This document shows positions 1-23,753 of a stretch of 64,000 nucleotides of DNA, in pieces. Source of the stretch: Chrysomallon squamiferum. Taxonomy: Eukaryota > Animalia > Mollusca. Each line of letters starts with the position of its first letter. The stretch's first letter is position 1. Under the pieces are notes generated by a model. The model was given only the letters and a program-made list of their open reading frames with translations, did no database searches and was not told the origin of the DNA. Made by a program: the position numbers and the translations under genes. Where the stretch lies: the NCBI GenBank assembly GCA_012295275.1, contig CM022675.1, positions 1,984,001 through 2,048,000 on the forward strand, given 5' to 3'.

Positions 1-399
1 CAACACAACCGACTAGATATATTAATCTTAGAAATACCTAGTTCTGCTGAAACAACCACTATACTGCTATTACCATTAATACTAATACCAGTACTAGTAC
101 TATTATGATTAACACGCCTATTACTACCACAATAGCAACATAGACAACTACTATTACTATTACCACTAATAATTATTATATTGCTACTACTATACATTTA
201 ATTTTATTTACTGCATTTATTCTTAGACTCAATATCCTTATCATTTTAAGTTAAATAATAATAACAATAACAATATACTAGTACTACTACTACTACTACT
301 ACTACCACTACCACTACTACTACTACAACAACAACAACAACAACTACTACTACTACTATTACTACTACTAATAACATTCTAAAGACGTAATCCGCTTTC

Positions 400-1770
400 T
401 CTAGAGATTGTGAAAGCTTTCCGTAGCTGCACTGAACTTTTTTCAAAATAAATTACGATGTTAAATTAAGCTTGATGTTACATGTTTTCTGATTTCTATA
501 AAGTAAAAAAAGAAATGTCATGAGATAAATATTCTATCTGCAGGTGTTAGGGTGTGACACAAAGTTGTATTTTCAGATGAATGGGACATAATAAAATATA
601 TGAATAAAAGTAAACATAGTGTTGATGTACGTGTGTCTAAGTGTTAAAATAGATTGCAGTGTTTACGATAATAATTTTCCAATCATGCAGCTGCTGGGCG
701 GACACATACATTTAAAGTAAATTAAGCTACCGTCGTCAAAGAAATCAAATTATAAGAAAGATCACTGGCTGTTAGATAAATTAAATAACTTACTTTTTAT
801 TAGTGTATACACCATTCATCTGAAAATCACGCCCTAACATCCGCAGATATAATAGCATTGTTTTCTGTTTTATTTAGTCTACACCAATCAGAAAACATTT
901 AATATCAGTTTAATGGAACATCGTAATTTATGTGGTAAAATAATTTACAGAAAAAGTGCTTACAATAATAATTATTATAAGTGTAAGAAAAAATTAAATA
1001 AATGTCTTGAGAACTGCACCTGCAAGAACTTATTCAAATAGTTTATGCTAAATTAAACTATCTTATAATTTTTTTTTTAAATTATAGCAAATACTAATGG
1101 CTGACAGACATATTTAAGAACCAACTTTTTATTCTGAACAGTGTATACACCATTCATCTCAAAATACAACTTTACTTCACCACCCTCACACCCGATTATA
1201 TAATATCTGCCACAAAGCCTCTCTTTTTCACTCTACACAAATCAGAGACATATAACATCAAGCTTAATTTAACGTCGTAATCTATTTTGACAGTCAGTCA
1301 GTGCAGTGTCTGAAAGCTTTCACAATCTGTGTAGAAACTATATTAAACCATAATAATAATAATAATAATAGTAATAGTAGTAATAATAATAATAATAATA
1401 ATAATAATAGTTTTATCATATAATATAGTTTCTACACAGATTGTCAGAGCTTTCAGACACTGCACTGAATAACTTTCAAAATAAATTACAACGTTAAATT
1501 AAGCTTCATATTGCATGCCTCTGATTTCTACAGAGGAAAAAAGAAATGCTCTGAGATAGATATTATTTATGCGGGTGTTAGGGTGGTACACGGAGTTGTA
1601 TCTGCAGATCAATTAAGCATATACCAATACAAAAAAAAAAAAACTTATTTATTATATATATCTCTCAGCCAGTGATATTTGTTACTATTTGATTTCTCTA
1701 ACGAAAGCAGCTTAAATAAGTATAAAAATATGTGTACGTTTCAGTAGCTGCATTATCAAAGATATTTACT
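400..1770. repeat. Cluster of a 200-340 bp dispersed repeat in alternating orientation
   Basis: Copies at about 400-585 (+), 760-935 (-), 1090-1345 (-) and 1428-1770 (+). Shared motifs: gattgtga(a/g)agctttc, ttaaattaagctt, gtgttagggtg, gttgtattttcagatgaatgg. Confidence 0.85.
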
Positions 1771-1860
1771 TATAGCTTTTTCTTTTGTTTTATTCATAAC
1801 AAATGTTATATATATAACAGCAGCACCACCAACAACAACAGTAACAACAACAACAACAAA

Positions 1861-1904
<44 letters not shown>

Positions 1905-2487
1905 TAACAATAATAGTAATAACATATTGAATAATATCCTACTGAAGAAAAATAAGGACTAATAAATAAACAATCAATGCAAGATATATATATATATATA
2001 TATATATTATTATTTTATTATTATTATGATTATTATTATTATTATTTTATTATTATTATGATTATTATTATTATTATTATTATATAACGTTAATCAGTGT
2101 GTGAGGTAACTTGTGATCTAATATAATAATGTCAAGAAATCGATCATTTTGGAAATATGGACAAAACACATTCGAATGCAATTAACTTTCCGAATGTGCT
2201 CAAAGACAAACGAGAAAAAACAAATATTAACAAATAAGAAGAGTAAAAAAGTGATGTAATTTGTTTTCTAACACAGAGCAATGATAATAGTTATAAGTAC
2301 AAGAATTAATATGCAAATACTATTTACGACTTATTAAATAAAACAAATCACATGATATTCATTGCTACGAACTTTATTCGATAAAGAAACTAAATGTAAA
2401 ATTATAATTAATAAATAAACAAAGCAATATATTTCAAAGAATACTAAACAAAATGAGATCTTTACTAGGAAGAAAAGAAGCAACAAA

Positions 2488-2565
<78 letters not shown>

Positions 2566-2792
2566 TAATAATGATACTGATGATGATAATAAGAACAATA
2601 GTGAAAATGATAAAATAAATCAATAAATCAATAAATAAATAAATAAATAAATAAATACAAATATAAATAACCATAATAGCAACAATCATATTTTAAAAAG
2701 AAAGCAAAATGACTTTCTTTCATGCCAGGTGAAGGAAATAAAACGATGTTTTCAGTCTCAGTTTCTTCTAAATCAAATAGGAGTTAGGTTAA

Positions 2793-12711
<9,919 letters not shown>

Positions 12712-12998
12712 CTTTAGATATTCTATAAAAAAGTAAAATAAATAAATAATGTAAAAAAAAAAAAATAAATAAGATGAATATAAAAAAATGAGAAATTAAT
12801 TAATTTGAAAGTTGTTTTCGTTTGTTACACAAAAATCACTGTATCTTGGCCGCCAATTAACGTAAGTTTAAAATTTAGAAATTGTCTTTAAAAGTTCGTC
12901 ATCGCGTATTTTCCTGTAAAAGGGTTTTACGAACGGCCACACAGAACTTTAATTATTTATATACGTCTCTATTTTATATACAGAGACTAGATAATCTC

Positions 12999-13042
<44 letters not shown>

Positions 13043-13240
13043 TTGTTTGCATACAGATACAAATATAACTGAAGAAACCAAGTGACCAAGAAACAATGGA
13101 TCCTCCCAAATGCAGTTCTTGATTTATTTATTTATTTATCAACATACTTACTTTTTGTTTAATATATATTTAAACGCTCACACAAACAAGGACATAACTG
13201 AGATTTGTGCATAGCTTCATATCTTTCAAATATTCTCATA

Positions 13241-13316
<76 letters not shown>

Positions 13317-13324
13317 TTGTGTGA

Positions 13325-13760
13325 TCAACCGATTATTTTGACGCCTTTGGCTGCAGTTATAGCCTTTATGGACTCCTTCAGCTTCACTATGGTAGTTGTC
13401 GTAGACGTACTACGATCGTACTGCCTAGCCAAGTCGACTACGTGCACACCTCACTCATGTTTTTTACTATGAATTCAAACTTTAATTCAATGGTCACCAT
13501 TCGCTTCTTCTTCTGAGCACTGTCCTTTGTACTCATTTTCTTAGGATCCATTGTCAGAATAAAATGTTTTCGCAAAATACTGCACAACACAACAGAAACC
13601 CATCCACGGCAAGGTAACCACGTGAAGTAAACGAATGAGACGCGGGTTGCTGGCCGGATGTTGTGTTATTCATTGCGCCAACTACCGGTGGCGTATCTGA
13701 AGCTCGCTCATAACTAGGATTTTCGCTCGCAAGACAAAGCAAGTCTTGGTACCGTTGTAT
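13325..13760 (-). mobile_element. Degenerate pogo/Tigger-type DNA transposon, 5' part (TIR and transposase N-terminal HTH)
   Basis: From ATG at 13551 on the minus strand: MDPKKMSTKDSAQKKKRMVTIELKFE, frameshift, then GVHVVDLARQYDRSTST..IKAITAAKGVKII, resembling the CENP-B/psq-like HTH of Tigger transposases. Terminus TA-CAACGGTACCAAGACTTGC resembles CAGTGGTACC-type TIRs. CpG-rich relative to the flanks. Confidence 0.75.
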
Positions 13761-14110
13761 ATCCTATTTAAACTGTTCTCTTTAGTTTTACGCTAAATTA
13801 AGACTGCAGCAATCATGTTAAGCAATTTAGAGCATATTTACTTCCATAATATGTCCAGAGGGGCACTTTAAGATTAAATAAAATAAGATAAAATAAAATA
13901 AAATAAATAAATAAATACATGTAATATAATATGATGTAATATTATATAATATTGAGGCGTGTTAACTTAACTTTGTGGTATATTCGACAGTAGTACAACA
14001 ACAACATCAACCAGAACATAGTTATCAACAAATGCGTACAAACATATTCATTGAAGCAAATTTACGTGAACCTACCTTGTTTCTTATGACACTCAGAAAT
14101 GAATCTTTGT

Positions 14111-14182
14111 CCTCACTTACACAGAATAAAACATAAAACTGCATCTCACGATGTGTTTAGCTGTATATATATGGTAAGGACA
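14111..14182 (-). promoter_or_regulatory. Putative core promoter and short non-coding first exon of copy A
   Basis: The minus strand reads TCCTTACCATATATATACAG (TATA-like), an ATGCAGT initiator-like motif about 25 nt later, then a donor GTAAGTGAGG. The TGTCCTTACCA and GTAAGTGAGG blocks are conserved upstream of copy B. The ATG exon begins with a splice acceptor, so an upstream exon is required. Confidence 0.5.
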
Positions 14183-16559
14183 AAGAAACCATCCTGTCCA
14201 ATGAATAAATGCTTTTTAGTATTGCAACATACATGAGCTGTATGTGCATTTATGCGTAGCATAGACGTACTACTACTGGTACTACTACAACTACTACTGC
14301 TACTACTGATTATTATTATTTATGTATTTATTTATATATTTACGTACGTGCATACATACGTTTGCTGGTGTGTGTGTGCGTGTGTGTGTGTGTATGTGTG
14401 AAATTAAATAAAAACAAATACTTTCTCTCTGTGTCTCTCTCGTTCTGTTTCTCCCTACATATGTTCATTTCTCTACCTCATTGTCGTTCCGTATAAGTTT
14501 ATGTTTTCAATTAGCTGTTTTGTATTTGCTATGTATTTACTTGTATGATATTTTGTTAGTGTGAACGCACCTTTTCTCTCCTTTTAGCTTCCAGTCAATA
14601 TATGTGTCTGTGTAAGTTATTTGTGTTCATTTTGTTGTCATGATAACTATTAATGTTTATGTTTAATACGAAATACGTAATAATAATATAGAACTGCATG
14701 TGGTGACAAACATTTATACCTAAAATAAAACTAAATGTTACATAAACATTATAGGTGATGACATACTTTTATACTCATAATAAAATTAAAATTTCATAAA
14801 CATAATAGGTACTGACATACTTTTACATTTAAAATAAAACTAAATATTACATACACATTGTACTTGCTGACTTACTTTTATACTTATAATAAAATTACAT
14901 TAGAGGTATATGTATGTAGGTTTGTTTGTATGTATGTATGTATGCATGTATGTATGTACGTATCTGCGTGGGAGTGTATATGGGGGTGTATATTATATAT
15001 GTGTGTGTGTCTATGCGTATGTGCGTGTGTGTTTTTTCGATAATGGATGCTTCTTTATGCATGCAGCTATGCGTACGAGTGGTTAGTTGTCTGTTGATAC
15101 ATACGTGCGTGGTTTATGTTAGTATATTTGTGTTTCTGTTAGTTCGATTAACAGTGTGAATGTGTATGTTTATGTGTGTTTAAATGACCACACAAATGAG
15201 TATCAGTGCACCATGATAAATACTGTTTGGGCGACAGTAGATTGACAGACAATTTTGTGGGCTACCTTTAAGTTAAAATCAGTCCGAAATACCTAAACGT
15301 CTGTTAGTTGATTCATGACAAGTGAAGGAAAACAGGAGTACCAGACTAGATGAGCAGTGATGTGTTACACGTGTTTTTTATGTGTGTTGGTGCATTACAA
15401 GTGAAAAAAAAGTAACTGTTGTGAGAGTACCAGTCTACATGGGCAGTTACAAATAATATTAATATTTATATATTTATTTATTTTTTAATATGGTAAGCCA
15501 AATGATTAAATCATTTAAAAAAATAAACGTAAAAACATGACGCAGTAGAATGAATCAACAAATAACTAACTAACTTACTAATTAACTAAATAAATAAATA
15601 AATAATTGCATTATAGAAAAGGCGGAGATATATTCAGAAATGTCTCATTTCCCATCAGTTATGGTTCACTGTATGTTTTTCTTCTTCCTTTTGCTCACGA
15701 TTCAGAAATAAACATGATAAACAAGACAGTGGATACTTTGGTAAATCATCTACATTATTATATGCCGATCGCCTTGAGGACCACAAGACTGTGGCAAAAT
15801 TTATTTGTGGTTTTGGGTGGAATATCTGTCTAAAGCACCGACATTAAAATCAAAGAACATTAAACAAAAACAGTGACAAAATTTATTTTATCTATCTGTC
15901 ATTGGAAAGTAATCTAAAATAAGTTATAGAAATAGGAGAAATGAAGGAAAATAAAATAAAAAAATCTTAAATACAGTTTTAATACAATGACTAAATCTTG
16001 CTTCTATCTCGCTAATGTATTTATAAATAAAAAATTGTAATTTTTTTCCTGTGACTTTTCCGCGTAGATTCAATTATTCATATGAACACAAAACTTGATT
16101 TTATATCAGTGGACAAAAGCAACATTAAGACTAACACATAGACGAATCAGTGGATTGCAGGTATAGATAGAAAGCTAGACAAATAGATAGATAGATAGAC
16201 AGAGAGAGAGATAGACATATACACATACATATATAACAGATATACATATAGATACATAGAGATAGATGGATAGATAGATAAAAATAGACAAATACATATT
16301 TCTGACATGTATACATGTAGTATATATATGTTTGTGTGTGTATCTGTGTGTGTCTCTGTTTGTGTATGTATGTATATATATATATATATATATATATGCA
16401 TGCACACAATAGTACTAAAATAATAATGAAAGAAGATAAGTAAAAATATTAATAAAGTAAAATTATGATTTACGTACGTCTGTGTGCTAAAATTGTTTTC
16501 GATAATAATTTTCATTTGTTAGACATGAGTATACAGATGTTAAAAAAATAATTTAAAAA

Positions 16560-17597
16560 ATATCTTGAATGATGCAGCTGCAGAAACGTATACATATATT
16601 TTATATTATATTGAGCTACCCTCGTCAGAGAAATAAAATTATAACAACTACTAATGGCTGATAGATATATTTAGAAACAAACTTTTTTTTTTTGAATAGT
16701 GTATACACATTCATATGAAAATACAATGCAGATATAATATCTTAGTTCATTTGTTTTTTTGCTTTACAACAATCGGAAAACATGTAATATCAAGCCTAAT
16801 TTAACATTGTACTTTATTTTGAAAGTCTCTCAGTGCAATCTCTGAAAGCTCTCACAATCTGTGCAGAAGGAGGTCGGAGTTTTTAGGCAACTTCAAGATG
16901 ATCAGTTAGACAGACAGGCGTCAAAGCAGAAGTCTTTTTTTTGTTTCTTTTTCCTTCTATAAATAAATACATATATTTTTTTATTTTGAATAGTGTAGAC
17001 ACATTGATCTGAAAATACAACTTCGTGTCACACGCTAACACCTGCAGATATTATATCTTAGTGCATTTATTTTTTGCTCTACAGAAATAAAAAAACTTGC
17101 AATATTAAGCTTAATTTAACATTGTAATTTATTTTGAAAGTCTCTCAGTGCAATCTCTGAAAGCTCTCACAATCTGTGCAGAAAGAGGGCGGAGTTTTTA
17201 GGCAACTTCAAGATGATCAGACAGGCGTGAAAACAGACGTCTTTTTTTCCCTTCTTTTCTTTTTTTTTTTTTTTTATACCTTTATGTGTGTGTGTGTGTG
17301 TGTGTGTATGTGTGTGTTGGTTTACTACATATATATATATATATGTATGCATATAAACACACGCACATAAACACATATATACACACATACACAGCTACGC
17401 ACACACATACACATATATAGGTCAGTATTGTACAAATAAGCCATTGAACGGAAATTCACTTAGTGTTTGAAATTAATTCAGTAGTAAAAGAAAAATAGTC
17501 AAGTATAGAATGGCACTGCGAGGTTTAAAAATAAAAACAAAGCCACATTTTAAGACGACGCTCTGCACATTCTTAAAAAAGTAAATATATTAATCTA

Positions 17598-17659
<62 letters not shown>

Positions 17660-18005
17660 ATAAAAAAGACTAAATATCTTGGATAATGCAGCTACTGAAA
17701 CGTACACATATTTTTATACTTAATTAAGCTGCTTTCGTTAGAGAAATCAAATAGTAACAAAGATCACTGGCTGAGAGATATATATAATAAATAAGGTTTT
17801 TTGTATTGGTATATGCTTAACTGACCTGCAAATACAACTCCGTGTACCACCCTAACACCCGCAGAAATAATATCTATCTCAGAGCATTTCTTTTTTGCTC
17901 TATAGAAATCAGAGACATGCAATATGAAGCTTAATTTAACGTTGTAATTTATTTTGAAAGTTATTCAGTGCAGTGTCTGAAAGCTCTCACAGTCTGTGTA
18001 GAACG
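16560..18005 (-). repeat. Three further copies of the same dispersed repeat
   Basis: About 16560-16930, 16985-17240 and 17670-18005, each ending in cagtgca..tctgaaagctctcaca(a/g)tctgtg(c/t)agaa. Confidence 0.85.
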
Positions 18006-18007
18006 TA

Positions 18008-18056
<49 letters not shown>

Positions 18057-18483
18057 TTTTAACTTTAAAATTAACATTTGTGGTAAATAAAATCAAAATA
18101 TACAGTAGCAGTATTAGTACTATTAGAGGCAGTAGTATTAGAGTTATTAGTGGTAATAGTAATAGTAGTTGCTGTTCTGGTAGGAATAGACATATTAGTC
18201 ACAACAGTATTAGTATCAGTTATAATTGTAGCATGCTGGTTATTTTCGTACTACTGGTAAAAGTATTAGGAGTTGAAGTCGTCAATTTAGTATTATAATT
18301 AGTAGTTAGTCATAGTACTGGCAGAATGACAATTGGTAGGAGTAGGATTAGTGGCAGCTGTAGTATTCGAAATAATTGTTGCAGTAAAAATAACGAAGAA
18401 ATAGCAACGCATACACAACCACTGAACCCTGTCCGTAGAGCAGTAGATGTGAGATGTCTCGAGGTAAAACTGTTTGTGTGAGT

Positions 18484-19197
18484 CTAACAAAAACTACAAG
18501 AATCGATGTATTATTTATTATCTAAGCACAAATAGGAGACTGACTCTCGTAACACCTGGATGAGTTTAGGCAATCTTAGCAGGATGTTTTAATCTCCTGT
18601 GTTAATAGTTTCGTAAACACAGTTAAAAGTATAACTGTATAGTATCTTCTGCTTCTGTCTTAAAACACAAAAACATATATAAATAAAATAAAATAAATTG
18701 AAACGAAGAAACAAAAAACTAATGGTAATATTAATACTAGTTCTACTTCTAATAAAAATAACATAATATCTATATATATATATATATATTGACGGTAAAC
18801 CATGTTGTTGGTTTTCTATCTTACGTAGTAGGGCCCTTAGCTACTAACAAAAACTACAAGAATCGATGTATTATTTATTATCTAAGCACAAATAGGAGAC
18901 TAACTCTCGTAACACTTGGATGAGTTTAGGCAATCTTAGCAGCATGTTTTAATCTCCAATCTTAATATTTTCTTAAACACAGTTAAAAATACAACGGTAA
19001 AGTATATTCTGCTTCTGTCTTAAAACACAAAACATATATAAATAAAATAAATTGAAACGAAGAAACAAAAAACTAATGGTAATACTAATACTAGTTCAAG
19101 TTCTAATAATAACATAATATCTATATATATATATATATATATATTGACTGTAAACCATGTTGTTGTTTTTCTATCTTACGTAGTAGGCCCTTAGCTA
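18484..19197. repeat. Direct tandem duplication of about 355-360 bp (2 copies)
   Basis: ctaacaaaaactacaagaatcgatgtattatt...cttacgtagtag(g)gcccttagcta occurs at 18484-18843 and 18844-19197. Confidence 0.95.
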
Positions 19198-19489
19198 TAC
19201 CCTAATACGTCCTCGTTCAAGAGGTGGAAAATGTTCTCAGAGATAGGTGTTTCTTTAACTTAGGAAGTTGGTTGTAACTTGTTCACTAAGCTACGGATCG
19301 CAATTTAGTTTACACGTACTTGTAGTATTCGCTGGCAGCTATTTTTTATTTACTTATTACAAGATTCTTTATTGTCGTACTATTAAGATACAGTTTTTGA
19401 AAATGTATATACGAAACCCACTATTTTTGATATTACTATTGTAAATGTAACACATAATTGCAGATGAATTATTTTGTTTGATAGTTAAA

Positions 19490-19795
19490 ACAGAAATGTT
19501 GAACTGTACTGTTTCAGAGTTAACAATTGAATGTTGGAATGTTGTGTTTCAGAGTAAAAATGAAATGTTTAAATGCTGTGTGTTTCAGAGTTAAAAATTG
19601 AATGTTGTGCATTTAAGAGTTAAAAACAAAATGTTGAAATGTTGTTTCAGAGTTAAAAACAAAATGTTGAAATGTTGTGTTTCAGAGTTAGAAGGTTGTG
19701 TTTCAGAGTTAAAATGTTGTGTATCAGAGTTAGAATGTTGAAATGTTGTGTTTCAGAGTTAGAATGTTAAAATGCTGCGTTTCAGAGTTAGAAAG
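19490..19795. repeat. Minisatellite (tgtttcagagtta..aatgttgaaatgttg, about 20-40 bp unit, about 9 copies)
   Basis: Repeated tttcagagtta motif read directly. Confidence 0.9.
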
Positions 19796-22272
19796 ACACG
19801 TTTTCTGTAATGTCAAAACAGAAATGATTAGTATTTGTAACGTTTCAACACAAAATGATAATTTTATGTTCAGACTATTGATAAAAAAATAATTGTGGCA
19901 TTTGTAATTTTGATATTAATTAATGCAATGTTTCAGATATGAGGACATTTATATTATGTTTCAAATCTTATGTTTCAAAACTGTAGAACTGATAAAGCTA
20001 ATGTAATTTTACAACATTTTAACAAACTGTAGAACTGATGAAGCTAATGCAATTTTACAACATTTGAACAACCTGGGTGAATGATGGATTTTAGTGTCTG
20101 GAGTGTTAGACAATTTCAAACACAGCAGTTTTTTTCATGCAGATAACATAAGCCAAAGATGAAGAGCATTCCACATTTGTTTATCACTGGTTGTTGTAAC
20201 TCTGTTGTATCAAGAAACTGTTTCTCTTTTAAATCTTTGATATAACTGTTGTAACAGTACACAGTGTCAGCTTGGAAGCTTACAATAATAAAACTTATAT
20301 AATTTGTTCAGATTATTTCAGCAAGTTACCAAGTGTACACAAACTGAAGAAGCTGATTCCAGTATATATCTGTACAATTAAATTATCTCAGTATATTTTC
20401 TATGATTTCAAATTGTTTTTTACTTAGCTTTGCTAATAACAAAATATAATTATAAAATAATAAACTTGAAAACAATCAGTGGCGGCTGACATATTCTCTT
20501 TTGTGGTGACATCAATTTTCAAACTAAATAATAAAACTGGAAACTCACTGAAACAAAGAATATTCTCAGCCCTCATAGGCCTTTTATTCATTTAATGATT
20601 TTTATATATACAGATATATATATATATATATTCTTTTTTCTTTTAGATTAATAAATACTAACTGGCTTTGTCCAGATTGAATGTTGAAATTAATTGTAAT
20701 AGTCAGAGAAACTTAACAAACTCTGTGACTCATACTCAGTTCTAATTCATGTTAGTCACTTCAGAGATTTTTATTACCTTTTCTTTCTAATTATTACAGT
20801 TTTGAAATACTCACTTGCTGTCTTCAGAATAGTTCTCTATGCAATCAAATAGATTTTTTAAATTTGTATCTGTATAGATAACATAAACCAAGTATCATTG
20901 ATCTATCAGTTTTGTCATACATATTAGAATTTCATTTTTGATATATTAATAATAAAAGAGTTTGAAAAACTATAAATATATGGGGTTTTGGGGTTTTGGG
21001 GGTTTTTTTTTTCATTTTGTGAGATAACGATGATGCAGATTATATATATATTTTTTTGTATCTGGTGTCAGGATATGATGTGACTACAATCATAAAATAG
21101 ACAATTTTACAAACTCTACAAATTATACCAATATGCAGGCATGCAATAAAATTATATCATTCATTTATATTTATTATTTTAAATGTTTTCTTTTACAATT
21201 TCTTTTAAATTTACTCTCAATTATAATTATAGGCAGGGTTTTCAGAAACTGCATATTTTTCATTGAACTGTATGATATAAAATGTTAAATGCAAATTTGA
21301 ATATTTGTAAAATGCTGTATGTCCATTCTTTAAATGTATATTTCTTTTAATTATGATTTGCATGTTTAATGTATGTATGGTTTATTATTATCATCAGCAT
21401 GATAATATATCAAGTTATGCATGACGATCAGTATGTTGTATGTTGATATGTATATCTGTGTGTATGACAATTATTTTATATGATTGTTATAGATAAAACA
21501 GATTTAAAATAAATAAAATATAAAACAAACATACAAAGAATAAATACATATTTCCTTCTGTGATGTTGAGAAAAATCAAAATATAAGCCAGTAATTGCTA
21601 AGTAAAACAAAAAAAATAAAATTATAATAAGAAAATAAATTAAAATGTATATTTATTATAATGCTAAATAATGAAATTAAATAAATGAATAAATAAGAGG
21701 AAAAATATCCAGTATATCACAGTTTAGTTATTTAATAACAAAAATAAAATAACTATACTTTTTTACTTGAAGTATTATTAGTTTTCATATCAGGAAATTC
21801 TCAACATTTGTCATCCAAGTTCTGCTGAGTCACACTATCACAGCCTGCTTGTCACCTGTCTACTTAAACCAGATATAACTTTTATATTTAAATGTAGCCT
21901 GCATCACATTTTTACATGAACAAGATATTACATACCAGTTTTCTTCACAGTATTTGAATATGAAACTGATGAGCAGTAAGAAATATAGCAATTACAACAC
22001 AGTTGTCTAGTAGTTTTATTTTTGTATTATAATTTTTCTTAATTGTTTTAATTTTACTGTGCAGTATTAATTAACAATGTATTTTATATATATTGTTTTT
22101 AATTTTAATTTGTTTTTCTTTTGTTATTATTAGTATTTTCTTAGATATATAGTGCATCAGATATATACATCATAATAAGATATTTTTATGCCAGCCTGCA
22201 CTTTTATATTTTATAGGTAGCACATATGAAAACAACAGATTATTATTATTATTTTTTTTTTTTTTAAATTGA

Positions 22273-22345
<73 letters not shown>

Positions 22346-22627
22346 AAATTTATGTATTTATTTATTTATTTACTTTATTTTATTATTTTTATTTATTTTA
22401 TTATTTTTTGTTTCAGAACTTTACAATTCGGGAAAAAACTCCATTAAAACAGCTGCTTTAATACAGCAGTATTATAATGAAGTTTTAATAATTTCTGAAA
22501 TTAGCAATGTTCTTTTCTAATAAACTGTGAAACCTGATATAATTAACATTTTATTTTTAAAATATCAGTAAAAGTATTTACATTAGTGTTAATATGGATG
22601 TTTCATCTGATATCAAGATTTGTTTCA

Positions 22628-22860
22628 AACTAGACTGGTACATGATGCTGTTAAAAAGAGTTGTTTACAGCTAGACTGGTACTTAACATTGTTAACATGA
22701 TTTGTTTACTGCTAGACTGGTACATAACAATGTTAACAAGCTATTATTTTCACTTAGACTGGTATATACACTGTTCACAATATTTGTGTACAACCAGACT
22801 GATACATACTACTATTAACATGTTTTATTCTTTATTCACAAGTGGACTGCTACATATGAC
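22628..22860. repeat. Degenerate tandem repeat of about 42 bp
   Basis: tagactggta(c) motif recurs about 6 times at regular spacing. Confidence 0.7.
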
Positions 22861-23710
22861 AGTTCTGGATATATTATGTTAAACAATAATGTAAGTTAGC
22901 TTGTTTGTGTCACTGCAGTGTAACTTATTCTCTGTTTCATATTTTCAGTATTCTTTTGTATAACTTTTTGAAATGAATATATTTACAAAAGTACTTATGA
23001 CTGTTTTTGTTATTCTTGTTGCACTTTTGTTAGATAAGAGAAAAAAAAATATCTGTATAATATCACAGATACAGTCCTTTTGAAAAACAGCAAAGCACAA
23101 TATTGATAGATTCTAAACATGTTTCAGAATGCTAAATTAAATGACATCTCTATTTTCATATTTGACTATAACGTGAAATATTTTTAATAATAATAATAAT
23201 AATAAAATTAAAAAATAAATAAAAACAAAAACACCTGTCTGCCATGGATCCTTTCTCTGCAGGAGTTAGGATGATGAAGTGAAGTTGTATTTTCAGATAA
23301 GTGGTGTGTGCACTACACAGAGTAATAAGTTAATTCTTGAGTACATCTATCAACTCGTCATATTTGTATGATTTCTTTGGAGAGAAAAGTTTAGAAAAGG
23401 TGCATCAGTTCTTTCATCCACATCATATAGCTCTCTATTTTGTGTGAAAAGAATCTGAGAGAGAAAAGTGAAGTTTAAAAACAATTTAACAAAAAATGAA
23501 AAAGGCTGAAGTAGTTTTGTCTAGAGCTGCATTAGACGTGGACTGTGAGTGCTGGGTGGAGCACAGACAGATTTCATCTGCTAGTAATTTTGTGCTTTGC
23601 TAAAATGTCCACTATTGTTTAGTTTAACTTCCTGTCTCATAATGACAGGATCTGTAAAGGAAAAAGTGTAGGCACAAACACAAACACACATACACGCACA
23701 CACACATGCA

Positions 23711-23753
<43 letters not shown>

